From Mustelus asterias (Eukaryota): a DNA stretch of 64,000 nt. The stretch covers positions 60,946,001 to 61,010,000 of the forward strand of contig NC_135813.1 in the NCBI RefSeq assembly GCF_964213995.1. Reading direction: 5' to 3'. This document shows positions 38,110 to 50,973 of the stretch, piece after piece (the first letter of the stretch is position 1; each line of letters opens with the position of its first letter). A program made the position numbers and the translations under genes. The notes under the pieces are model-generated. The model ran no database searches. It was not told the origin of the DNA and was given only the letters and a program-made list of their open reading frames with translations.

Positions 38110-38430
38110 AGGGCGGCACGGTGGCACAGTGGTTAGCACTGCTACCTCACAGCGCCAGGGACCCGGTTTCAATTTCCAGCTTGGGTCACTGCCTGTGCGG
38201 TGTCTGCACGTTCTTCCCGTGTCTGCGTGGATTTTCTCCGCATGCTTCGGTTTTCTCCCACAGTCCGAAAGACGTGCTGATTAGATGCATTGGCCATGCC
38301 AAATTCTCTCTCAGTGTACCCGTACTGGCGCCGGAGTGTGGCGACAAGGGGATTTTCACAGTAACTTCATTGCAGTAATTGCAGTTTGGATTACAACCGG
38401 TAGTTGTCAGTCTACTTGTGACTAAAAATA
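38110..38430 (+). mobile_element. tRNA-derived SINE (orthologue starts at 63920; deleted in copy A)
   Basis: Head GGGCGGCACGGTGGCACAGTGGTTAGCACTGC; tail as in 373-655. Confidence 0.88.
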
Positions 38431-41400
38431 AAGGAACTGTAAAATACTTTAAAACTTAAAAAAACTGGAATAGGTTGCTATCGTTACAATTGAATAGAAT
38501 GTAACTATGATCAGAGTCGTATTAGTATTGTGGCAGAAGCAGAAACGCGATTGTGGGAATTCAGTGCTGGAGTTGTTGGAACGATAGTATGGATTTGGGG
38601 TTGGCAGTATTTTCTAATGGTTTAGAGAGGAAATGTTAACTGAAGATCGGCAGTAGTTTACAAGGACAGAGGAACAAGGCTGTTTTCAAGGAGAAGTTTG
38701 ATGGTAATCGGTGTGGAAATATAACAGTATCTGAGGAGAGATAGCAGTTCATGATATCAACGAAAGTGGGGGCCAGAAAAGAAAGTTGGATGGTCAGTAA
38801 TTTAGCGGAAACATGGTCAACATGGGTCTAACGGAAAAAATGAGTTGCGAAAGCGAATGAAGGGATATATAAGAAAGAAAATCCGATTCAACTCTGATGC
38901 ATGGGAAGTAGTGCTTCCTCATTTCACTCCTAAATAGCTTTGCTCTAATGAAAGAGTGTGCCCTATTTTTCCTGCATTGTGTTATTAGTGGAAATGATTT
39001 CTCTGGACGTATCCTGTCACACTCGCTGATCATTTTAAATACGTCGATTAGGTATAGGGTGCTATGCCTATATATAGGGTGCAGGGGAAGGCAGACAGTG
39101 AGTTGCCTTGAGTGATTTAGCACAAAAATGATGCTATTCCAGTCTGTATACGCATTAAGGGTTTTAACTCTCTTCATGATAAGCATTCGGTTTAGCAAAG
39201 CCACGCAAATTGTTGCTTCAGCCATAGCCTCACATCAACCAAGAAACAAGAGATCCTGAAACATTTTCAACCACTTTTGTGCAAAATGCCAGTGTTGGAA
39301 AGTCATACGTTCCTCCTGCTTATATTGGTATTAAGTATGCTTCCATTATGCAGCATGGTCCAAATTGTCAAAACATGCTCTTGACTCCATCTATTCTCAG
39401 TTGCACTCTTTTAAGATACTGCTTCCGCAATCCTTGCAGAAATAAAAGTGTTTATTTTTTTATTACTGGATTGTAACTCAGGAAATGTCTGAATCTCTTT
39501 TAGTGTGTGAGGTGAGGCGCTCTCATCGGAGATTCACCTGGATGCTGCCTGGGCTGTGGTTATTTTTCGTAGAGCAGAGAAAGCTGAGGTGTTAGCACAT
39601 CGAGGTGCAAATAATCATGAACGGTATAGATAGGAAGAAACCTTTCGCCTCAGTAGGGGGGTCAATAATCAGGGGGCATAGATTTAAGGTAAGGAGAAGG
39701 AGATTTAGAGGAGATTTGAAGAAATTCTTCTTCAGCCAGAGGGTGCTGGGAATCTGGAACTCGCTGTCTGCAAGGGTGGTGGAGGAAGGAACCCTCACGA
39801 CATTTAAGAAACATGTTGATGAGGAATTGAAAAGTCATTGCATACAGGGCTACGGGTCAAGTGCTGGTAATTGAATTAGAATAGATATGTTTTTGGTGGT
39901 CGGCACAGACGCGAAGGGCCTCATTCTGAGCTGGATTCCCCCGTCCAGCTTTAAAGGGCAATACACAGCACGTTTAGGCAATCGGTCTTCAAAATTGAAC
40001 CCTTCAGCAATTACTTCACCCTGACGAATCAGCCCTGTACCCATTCATGATACGAATATATCCGCGGCAATTGTACCGCCCCGCCCGCCACGGAATCAGA
40101 GCGGACGAGGCCGACAACGGAAATGTCCCTTGATCTCGGGCGGGAATTTCCGGTGTCGATCGAGCGAGGACGTAAAATTTCCGCAGCTCAGTGTGAAAAT
40201 CTAAATCCAGCACTCCAGATCTGATCTTATCAAGGCTGTAGACAACACAAAGCATTACTTCCCTACTTTTTAGTTTCAATGCCTTTGTGATAAAGGCAGA
40301 CATTCTGTTCGATTTCTCATTTACCTTGTGATCATGAAGTTTTTAGCGATTTATGTGCAGGAACACCTCAATCCCTTTGTTTATCCAAAGCATCTCGCCG
40401 CTTAGCTTTAGGTAAATATTTCGAGCTGCTCGCTATCATATTTTGGTCACAGAATCACAGAATTCACTGGTCCACTCACTTAGTTTATCAATGAAATTCT
40501 ACCGAAGAATTAGCCAGCTTTCGGTGCCTACTTAAATTAATCTGATCTACCGATTTATGAAACTCTCTAACCCTCAATTTGAATGGCAAAATGATCTCGT
40601 TTCAGAAATGATCCTCAGGAAACTGCATTTGTCACATCCAGCCAATCAGGGAACAAATCCTTGATTTGTACTTTCTCTCTCCTACCCATAATCAATTCCC
40701 TACCTATCCGTTCAAATAAACTAAATAAATTCCTTCTGCCGCTGAGTCTATTTTATGTCTCCCTGTTTCGGACTCACTCACGGTGGAAAATCTTTCGCTG
40801 TGTTCCGGTATCACACCTTTCCCTAACATTGTAGCCTCCTATTACATCTCCGCACCCTCTCCTCAGAGAAAAGAGCCCAACATATTCATTTTCCTGATAG
40901 GTACATCGTCCCAATTCCAGTAAAAATCTGACAAATAGTTTTTGCACATTCTCATGTCCGACAACACAATTTTTCAGGTATGGAGGCCATAGATGAGTAC
41001 GACTCTATAAAACGCTAATAAATCCCCGGATGTTTTGTTTTCTTCTTCTGTAAGTGCACCAGCACCTTGTTTGCACTTGTTACCAACTGCGCAGCTTCTT
41101 GCTACTTTTAACAATTTATGTCTTGCAAGCCCAAATCGAACTGAAGAAAAAAAACACTAACGTATCAAAGGGATGTCCTGTCTACTGTGTGATTCGTGTG
41201 AAGATGAAGTTTAAAAAAACAGACTTTGTTCTTCGCTGGTTTGAGTCAATGCCTGACTGAAAATGCATCTGGGCAAGTTGACATGTTTGGAAAGCGCCTG
41301 CTTCAGTATAATCATTACAGGGCCAATTAAAGCAATCGGATAGTTTATTTAAAATGATTTGCAGTACCAGATCCTGCATTGTATCGGGTGTATTACAAAA

Positions 41401-41953
41401 TGAGGCAGTGACAGAGTTTGTCCTGAATATTTGTAACCAGGTGGTTTAGAATTGTCTGCCCGTTTAATGTATTTTTGTAAATCTCAAGACGCAGTTCAGC
41501 CCTTTCATTACAATGGCAGAGTGTAACTAGGTCCATTTTTAAAACAATGTTGCAATTTTATTTCATGGTGTTAATTTAATGTCATCGAGCGTCTCCTTGT
41601 TGCGCCTGGATGTCATTGGCTTTAAATAAAATGTGCAGAATATCACAATGATATAATCTCACGATTTAAGTCCCTTTAGAATGTTGCCATTAATTGTTTT
41701 TGAGGGAAAGAGAGAGAACAACAGAACAACGGTCGAGATAACGGTATAATGATTTTATTACGCAGCGGTATCAATGACATGACACTGAAGCTTTGAACCA
41801 TTCAGGGTGAACACAGTTAAATTGAAACTAAGGGAGTCAGCCGATCTGCTACAAACTGTGATGAAATGTTTGAAATGTTCCACTATTTGCGGAATTTATT
41901 TTGAATTGGCACTTTACTAACGGCAGAATATAAGAATGCATTAGATGCATGAA

Positions 41954-42276
41954 TCAGATACAGTTGGATCTCGAGATGCTTGTTTGAAGCGGGTTTGCTT
42001 GAGTCTCGTGTTTGACCATACAGGAGTAAACCTCGTGTGAGTTCCACTCTGAGGCTGACAGAGTTAGATAACTGCTCACACTGAACGTGTTGTCCGCCTC
42101 TTGCTGGATCCGACTGGTCTCAACCCCATTCCCTCTGACGATGCCATCTACAGTCCATTCAATCTCCGCAGCTCCTGGGTTAAAACCACTCACCAAACAC
42201 ACCAGGGTCGCCATGTTCTTCGCTGTGATTTGATCCGATGAAGGCGGAAGGACAGACACAACGGGGCTCTGTGGAT
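41954..42276 (-). CDS. IGLC: Ig lambda-type light chain constant exon, cluster 3
   Basis: Acceptor TTTCCAG; 323 nt; PQSPVVSVLPPSSDQ..LVC..YSCMVKH..RSNCI-stop. Confidence 0.95.
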
Positions 42277-42426
42277 CTGGAAAGTAGAGACAAATGAGTG
42301 CACATCATTAAGAATCGGCATAAATGACTGAATCGTTGTTTCGCCTTCTTCATATTGTTTTTGAAAATCTGTATTATTCTACAAGTAATGTATAGATTTT
42401 ATGTAATGGAGTCTTATTGATGCCAA

Positions 42427-42594
42427 ATGCAAAAAGGCCGGGACTCTCTTTTCTGGAACACATACAACCTGCGAATGTTTTCCTTCTTTCCCTGCACGGA
42501 CAGGAACATGCAAATAAAATCTGATCTGAAGGAAATAGTGGAGTTTGAAATATTAAAGAGAAAAATTAGACGGGAGGTTTATTGCATCCAGATG
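42427..42594. promoter_or_regulatory. Candidate J-C intronic enhancer, cluster 3
   Basis: ATGCAAAT 42508-42515, ATGCAAAA 42427-42434, GGGACTCTCT 42440-42449, CAGATG 42589-42594. Confidence 0.4.
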
Positions 42595-45500
42595 TGATCT
42601 GAGGCAACGCTGTCCTAGCCAGCGTCGCGAGCACCGAGAATTCCAGAATAACGCCAATCACTCAGAATTTGGGGTCCATATTGGAACTTATGCTGACCGC
42701 AACATTTTTATATTTTGCAACTCAAAAAACTCGATTCTAAGCAATGAAATCGATTGTTTGCTTCTGTCACCATTTACACTTCTTTGACGCAAAGAAGTGG
42801 ACTGATATTTGGATTTGTGTACATTCTTTGCCACGGCTTCACAAGGTGTCCCGCCCAGACCAACAGTAACGATGCAGCGTAAATCTTAACACATAATTCC
42901 TGTCGCAATGGAAATTTTTGGAGACATTTTTTGCGAGTGGAATGTCACAAAAGAGTTGTTACAACAAAGAGGAAGCGTTTCTCAGAAATATTGCAATCAA
43001 ATCTAGCTATATAACAACATAACATAACGACACCTTCAAAAGGCCAGTAATAAACCAAACATGTCCTCATAATTATTTATCTCTCACACCTTGTCGCCAA
43101 AGCAGATGGACTGCGAGATCTTACTGTGCTTAGATGGGAGCCATGATTCTGACATTTGAAGAATGATTCTACTTCACAAGCACGTAATTGTGAGGATGTT
43201 CTGAGGTCGTGGGCGGCGCTAAATCAATGCATGTTTGCATTTTCTTCCCTTTGTCATGAGTAGATATTCGCAAAGCTGAAAGGGCGTTGTCTCAGAATCT
43301 TGTCTCTTGAAGTCACCATTTACCACTTAAGTTACCATTTATCACAGTCAATGGGGAAACGCTCAGTAAATAAGTTAAGATATTGCAAGGCATGAAAGAA
43401 AGTATTCAAATATGAATATCCATTTCAACCTAAGCGGATAAGGTTAACCTTTTACAATTCGCCCTGACATTGAGGTATTATGTCGGCTACAACAACAGTG
43501 TGAGGTTTGTCGCTATCGGTGTAAAACTCGATCGGCTTTGGAGCTACAAATTCGTCTTGTTTCTTTTTTGGAATGTAATTTGGATGTTGAAACTGAGTCG
43601 TCAGACAAATGCCGCCAGCCCTTATTTCAATGTTGCTATCGTCTTCCTGCGCAACCGAGAGTTTCGCTGAATAATCTCAAATGTCTGCATCGATGGGCAG
43701 GTGTGACGATCAACTTCTATTTAAACGGAAGCGTACTTAAGTGAATTATTTTTACACCGGCATTTTCACCAGATATGAATTCTTAAAGCAACAACTAAAA
43801 TATTCAATACCATTTTTCTCCTTTTTGCCTCATGTTGGTCCATTTCACCGTACCATAGTCCAATAAGCAAATGACTTGAAGAAGAAAATAAAAAATAAAG
43901 AAAAGGAAGATTGAAGAAACCCTGACCACAATTTCCAATCGTGTCTGGAGCAGGCTTGGCTCTCGGAGACAGGAAGATAGATGAAATTGTGAAAGGGCGA
44001 AAGGGTGATAGCATAGTTTTAGACCAGTGAACCTAACCTCACTAAAGAGAGAAGTATTGGAATAAACGCGGCATAATCAAATACAGCGATCACGGATATA
44101 CTAGCGGAATATCTTACCCCACAGTGTGAATTGGTATTTTTGAGCAGGTAGCATGAGCGATGAATGACGGCAACATTTTTGGTATAGTCTACATGGATTT
44201 CCTCAAGGTTCCTGTTAAGTTCACACATAGGTATGAACAGGTTGGATCCGAAATTGACTCAGAGGCAGGGCGCAAAGGGTCTGTATATCAATGAGTGTCT
44301 CTATGATTGTTGTCAGATGATACAACTTTGGCAATGTGGTTGCTGACGAAGAAAGCTGGATAATGCAGGAAGACAACAATGGACGAGTCAGATAAGTGCA
44401 ACAGCGGCAAATTGAATTAAATGCGGAAAAGTGTGAGGAACTGTATTTCAGGAAGGTCAACAAGACAAGCGAGTACGCTGTATACATGGGACAATGCCGA
44501 GAAATGTAGAGAAACTGAGTGAACTAAAAATACATGTCCACGGATCCTGAAGGCGGCTGAGCAAGTGGATATGGTAGCAAAGAAGGCATGTGAGGCAGTT
44601 ACATTTATAAGCTGAGGTATAGATTGTTAGAACTTGGAGGTTATGCTGAAACTGTTGGAAAGGTGCGTAGGAAAAATGTAATTGTATGAGAGCGAGTACA
44701 GGGGAGATCGAGAGGGGGATGTCGGCTGAAATTGAATATTTAGTTATAACTAAGTGTTGAATTGACCAGCGTTCTTTTCTTTGGAACAGACGAGGCTGAA
44801 GGGAGATCTAATTGAAGGCATAATATTCTGAGGTGTCTGGGCAGAATGGATAGGAAAACAGTATTGCCAATGGTTGAGGGGTCGATAAGAACGGGACTTG
44901 GATTTTGCGTTAGAAGTAGAAGGTTTAGCGGAGATTCGAAGGATCACCCAGAGGATTGAGGGGATGCGGAAGCTACTGTCGGAAAGGCTGTTAGTGGCAA
45001 ATTAATGGACACTTAAACGCACATACAATGTGTAATCGAAAGGCTAATAATAAATGTTAGATTGTTCCTTGTGAACCAGTGCAGGCACGATTGAGCAAGT
45101 GGGTTGTAACAATGTTGCAAAGATATATCATTCGATGATTCTGCGAATATATTATATTGCCTTCCCCCCTCACTGACGCACAGGGGCTACAGTGTGCATA
45201 TTGATAAGGTACACTGCCGCAACTCCGACAAGAGCTTCCAAACCAGCCATGTCTTCCACTGGACGAACACACGGGCAGCAGATGCACGGCAGCACCACCA
45301 GTTGTTAAATCCCCATCAAGCCACACAGCATACCAAAGTAGAACTCTGCCGCCTTTCCTTCACTATCTCTTGGCCAAAAACTCTTAAATCCCTCCCTAAG
45401 AGCTCTGAGATATACCTATGAAACATGGACGACATCGGTTTGAGAATGCGGCTCACCATCACTTTATCCATGGATATTTGGCGGGGCGCAATGAATGTTA

Positions 45501-46610
45501 GCTTTCTGATCACATCCCATGAATGAATAGAAATGGCAGTAATCCCCATGTTTTGTTCTATTCCTACTCACTGACAATCACAGAACCATCAGCAGAGCTG
45601 AACGAGTCCACACCAATACTCAAAAACCTGACAACCTATTCCGAGACATTCCAAAGCAACTGATTGGATAGGAAGAAAATGAACCGGAATTTCCGAAGGA
45701 AGCAAACATTCTGCGTATCATTGATGTTTGTTACTGTGTTATCCAGTTACAATCAGTTTCGATTATTACTGGCGGAATTCTCGCAGAAGTATGGTTATTT
45801 TGGTCACCTGTGATTAATGCGAAATATTAGGCTGAGAATCTTGTACTGAACGGTGTTCAGTGAGTTTGGGGGCCAGTGGGAGTGACCACACTATCCTTCC
45901 GCAGTCTCAATGCGAGAAAGATCTTAAAACACAATGTTGCTTTAAGTGGAACAAAGTAACCTGATGTGAACGTTTTGACTGTAATTCTAGCCTTTTAAAC
46001 CAGACTACAAGGGCGGCGTGTGAAACAGCCTGAACCACTATGTGGCTTTCATACAATCATGGAATTATAGAGCACACAAGGGGGCCGATCGTAACTTGTA
46101 AAAAACCTGCCCACTTAGCTTATTTCCATGCCTGTTTTCTTCACTTTTGAAATGTTTATCGTCTTGCTAATTATAGTTCCGCTCGCAGTGTTCATACAGC
46201 TAGGGCACTCCACTCCAACACTCGCTGAGCGAAGGAAAACATCCCATCTTTCTAGCAATCGGCATTCAAATCATCTCCTCGCGCTGCCGCCTGGATCAGA
46301 TGGCTCAAACTTCTGGACAGCCCCAGCAGATGAGACCCTAAGCTTCCAGTGAAATGAATTTCACTCGTAATTAAATTTTCCCTTAACACTATCCCATACT
46401 TAGACACACTCAAGAAAATCGCCGAAGTTCTGAGCCCAGCTATCGCTGCAATATCATTGGCTGCTGAATCAAAGATCCTCCATAAAAATATTTTAGGAGC
46501 AATCATTTTAATTTGCACCAGTTCAATCCACCGATCCGACTGTTTCGAAGTACATTTTGTTATTTAGATAGCGTCCTAAATGTTAGAGGACATTTAAGTG
46601 ATTTACTTAC

Positions 46611-46955
46611 TGCCCAGATTCAACTTAGTTCCTCTGCCGAAAATGAATCTATATGGACTGGTGAGCCAATCACTACAGTAATAATCTGCCGCGTCCTCCG
46701 ATTGCACGTTGGTGATGGTTAAATGCATCTTGTTACTCGATGAGTCCACAGACCAGGTGAATCGATTTGGAATACCCGAAGCTGCACCAGAGTACTGGGA
46801 CCAAACAAGCACAGGGGCGCTGCCGGGTTTCTGCCAGTACCAGCTCGGGTAGCTGCTTAAGCGGCCTCCGGATATGGTGCAAGTGATGATGACGGTCTCT
46901 CCCGGTGAGGACGAAATGGACCCTGGTTGGGTCAGGACAGGATCCGCAATTGTAC
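46611..46955 (-). CDS. IGLV: Ig lambda-type germline-joined VJ exon, cluster 3 (apparently functional)
   Basis: 345 nt in frame, AG/GT sites intact; DPVLTQPGS..ITC..WYWQKPG..DYYC-SDWLTSPYRFI-FGRGTKLNLG; splices phase 1 to C at 42276. Confidence 0.94.
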
Positions 46956-47094
46956 CTGGTGAAATGCAAAGCATTGTCAGTCACACACTGTGAAATGTTG
47001 AATATAGCTTACAAATCAGGTTCGTTAAAACACAAGCGCAAAAGCAGATGATGTGAAAAAAATGAGATTATTTCATGCTGACGGCCGTACTTAC

Positions 47095-47143
47095 TGTGGA
47101 AAGCGAGTATCAGTGCGGCGAGAACTCCAATCGATTGTGTCAT
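47095..47143 (-). CDS. IGLV: IgL leader exon, cluster 3 (MTQSIGVLAALILAFH)
   Basis: 49 nt, ATG at 47143, GTAAGT donor. Confidence 0.92.
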
Positions 47144-47265
47144 GGTGAAGGTTTGGGGAGAGGAAGAAGGAAAATAAATCCTGACACGAATGCGCTTCTG
47201 AGTCCATTCCAACCTCTCCTTAAAAAAGATTCAAACACCGGAGGGCGAATGAATATTAATTACGT

Positions 47266-47273
47266 ATGCAAAT
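47266..47273 (-). promoter_or_regulatory. Ig promoter octamer ATTTGCAT, cluster 3
   Basis: Perfect octamer about 120 nt upstream of ATG, same spacing as cluster 1. Confidence 0.88.
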
Positions 47274-47643
47274 TTCCTGTCGCGTGATATTAGGCCAAAA
47301 ATCTCCATTTCGGTATTTTCTGATATTTGCAGAATGCGCACGTCAGCCATTTTGGAAAAGAAGTAGTATAAATCTCCCAAGCCACAGAATAGCATGCAAA
47401 ATGGTTCAATGCCCCCCTAAAAAAACAAACGGTGCGGTGAAACATAGAGAGATTAAATGGATCGTGGCTTGATCTCTGGAAGCCTGCAGATTACAATAAA
47501 TAAATGTTGCGGACAGTAAGCTGTTCAATAGGCGTAGCGTCCCTGGTGAATAAATTAGGGACGAAAAATGTGAGTTGAGATTTCATGTGCACATAGAGAG
47601 GTGTAAGGCAATTGACCACACTCCTTATTGCCTTTTCGGGATA

Positions 47644-47708
47644 CATAGATAGATATGTAGAGATGGATAGAAATAGAGATAGATAGATATAGGGATAGAT
47701 TGATTTAC

Positions 47709-47778
<70 letters not shown>

Positions 47779-47791
47779 CGAAAGATAGATA
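47644..47791. repeat. (GATA)n microsatellite
   Basis: Directly visible; paralogous to 28345-28486 with a longer pure run. Confidence 0.95.
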
Positions 47792-50700
47792 TCTGAAGTG
47801 AGTGAATGATAGACAAGCCCCGAAGAACATTTTATTACCTACTGGAATGTGATTGAGGTGACAAAACTGTCCACTATTCAAGTGTAGGAAACCGACGGCA
47901 TCCAAAGTGAGTTAAGCCTTGGCAAAATGAAAGGCTCCAGGAAACAGAGCTTTTCGCATGATTTTTGTTGTTCGGATTTGAGGGGTACAATTGCTGTCAT
48001 GGGAAAGAATGAGTTTGAGAGTGTTAATGCATTGGCCGACTGAGGAATGAGTTGAAAATAGCTATTTTTTAAATTCAGATTTCTGATGGCAGGTGACCCT
48101 CTCCCCAACAGTACCCTCGCCTCTCGCCGCACGACAGTATTGCAGAAGCCATCGTACAATGTTCCATTGCCCCCTCATTTGAAAAATTAAACAAAATCAG
48201 GCAAGCACTTCAAATGTTGATAACGTTATCTTGTCACACACCTTCACCCCAAGTGTCCTTGAACAATTGTGAGAAGTAACATTTTGGTTATGCAGCTGAG
48301 GCGCACAGAGGAGAACGAGAAGAAATGAATGAATTACTTCGCCCAGAGAGATGACGGTCGCGGCTGCAGGTGCAGTTGCGTCAGGAAAATGAATTCGAGA
48401 AGGTTCATCGCAGAAAGAGGGCAATCAGTCCATCGCATCCATGCCGGTTCTGGAAAGGAAGGATGGAACTGGAATTTCTGTCTTGATCTTACTCCAGTGT
48501 TCGACATATTTTCCACCTTTTTGACAGTGATTGTTAAATCCTCTTCCGCTAGCCTTTGATCCAGTTGTCTCCAGATCATTAAGAGTCGGAACATATCTGC
48601 CCACCACCAGCCCTCTTCTGTTCCTGTTCCAGGGTTATTTCAAATAAATGCCTTCCGGTGATCAAAGTTTCCGACATTTGAAGCAGCTTCTACTTTCTTT
48701 ATCCAACACCTTTAAGAACATCTTTATCAAATCTAATGTGCGGCTCTAAGGGAGGACAACTCCAGATTCTCTGGTCTTTCCATCTAACTGAGGGCTTTTA
48801 TCGCTGGAAACATGCTAATACACCTTCTTGCACCCTCTCCAAGGCCTTGAAATACATTCGAAGAATATTGTCAAGAACTGGACTCATTACTGTAGCTAGG
48901 GTCAAACAAAGATAAAAGGGTTCACATATTTGAATGCATTTGTACTCGGTTGTTGGAATTTTACTGACCCTCCAGTCGCTAGAGCGAAGGGTGGGGAAGG
49001 AATATTAAAATTGCTCCACCACTGGGAAAATTCCCAAGCGGCGGCCAGATAGAGGGATCAGGACCAGGTAATTAAAGTTGTTAGGCTGAAAGATATCGCA
49101 GGGTATTTACTGAAAGAATATGTCTCAGGTCCATGCAGTGCAGTCAGTACCCGGGGAGTGAGAGGCTTAAGGCCTTGCCTGTGGGTGGAATGTACAGAGT
49201 TGAGATCTGCAGTGTGGAGAGAGGCAGAGAGACAGATAATAGTTCAGTTAATGCAACAAGACAGCAAGAGCGAGAGAAGAACCACCCTCATGGCATGTAA
49301 GCGGGATCGGAAAACGATTGGCATGAGGCCAGGAATGTAGGTTAAAGTTGACTGAAGACGGGACGCAGCTGAAATAACAGACAGAGAGTCGGCCTACTTC
49401 ATGGAGATGTTGAATATCTCGAATGATTGCGTCCGACTGCAAGCAAAAGAATAAAACTCTGCGATTAGTGGGAGAGCTGAGGATTGGGAAGAATATAAAA
49501 ACCGACAAGGAATGACTAATAAAGTAATGACGAGGGAGAATTTAGAATATGAGAGAATGTTAGCTCGACGTATTAAAATATTGTAAGAATTTCTACATGC
49601 TTTTAAAAAGGAAAATGCTCACTAAAATAATTGTGGTTACTCTGGAGAATGAGTATCGGAAATTCAAAATACGAAATGAGGACATGGAAGCAGAATTGCT
49701 ATATTTTTTCTCTGCCTCCCTGTAGAATACATAAATAATATCCCAGAAATACTTGCAGGTGAAGAGGTAGAAGGGAGCGAGGAACATAAAGCAATTGCAA
49801 CCACCAGGTCAATTCCACTGAGAAAACGATCTGAACTAAAGGCTGTCAAGTCGTTAGGACATGATGGAGCTGGGTAAGATACCCTTACGGAGAATGGATG
49901 CAGAGGCGATGGGCCGATTGGCCTCCTTCTGCATTGTAGTGATTTTATAATTCCATGAGATCGGGAAATAGCATATCTAACTCCTCTATTCAAGAAAGGA
50001 AAGAGACAGAAAACATGTAACCAGAAGCCAATTAGCCTAACATCTGTCAAAAGTTAAATGCTAGAATCTATTATTAGAAGGTTATAGCATAGCACTTGCA
50101 ATTATGCAGAACCAACATGGTTTTATATAACTGAAGCCATACTTAACTAATTTGTTATACTTACTTGAGCAATTTATTAGTGACGTGGATAAAGAAGAAT
50201 CTGTAGACTTGGATTTCCAAAACGTATTTCATAAGATACCGCTTCAAAGATACATTATGCAAAGCCAAATAGGAGCTTATCATGTATGGGGTAATATTTA
50301 TCACGAATCGAGGACTGGTTACAGAAACAGAGAGGTGGGGTAATTGAGCCATTTCTTGCGGGGGCGGGGTGGGGCAAACTGTAGCTGATGGTATATCACA
50401 CAGATTACATCTGGGGCCTCAACTATTTCCAATTTATATAAATGACATGGATGATGGGACGGACTGATTGCAAACTTTTCTCACGACATTAATACAGGGG
50501 GCAAAGTAAATTGTGAGGTTAGCATAAATAGTATACAAAGGGATTTAGATAGGCAACGTGAGTGGTAAAAAGAAACAGGTGCAGTACAATGTGGTGAAAT
50601 GCGAATTCGTCCACTTTGGCAGGAAGAATGGAACGCAGCAAATTATTCACACGGAGATGAGAGTGCAAAGATCTGCAGCACTGGGGAATCTGGGTGTCCT

Positions 50701-50973
50701 GGAACGTGATTCACAAAACTTGAGCATGAAGCTGTATGTGATTAGGAAAGCAAATGCAATGTTGTCACCTATTACAAGTGGGATGGAAGATATAAAAGTA
50801 GGGAAGATTCGCTGCAAATGTGTCGTGTTTTGGTGAGAGCACATCTGAAGTCCTTTCCCATTGGCCCGCGTACCTCAGAACGGATACAATAGCACCAGCA
50901 ACAGTTCGGAGAAAGGTGCCCCCATCAGATATCATATCGGGAAATGTTGGACCGGTTGGACCTGTACCCATTA

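Noticed and set aside
46986-46992. Perfect RSS heptamer in the leader intron of clusters 3 and 2 (near 27690)
   Set aside because: No nonamer at 12 or 23 nt in either direction; cannot be supported as a replacement or editing signal
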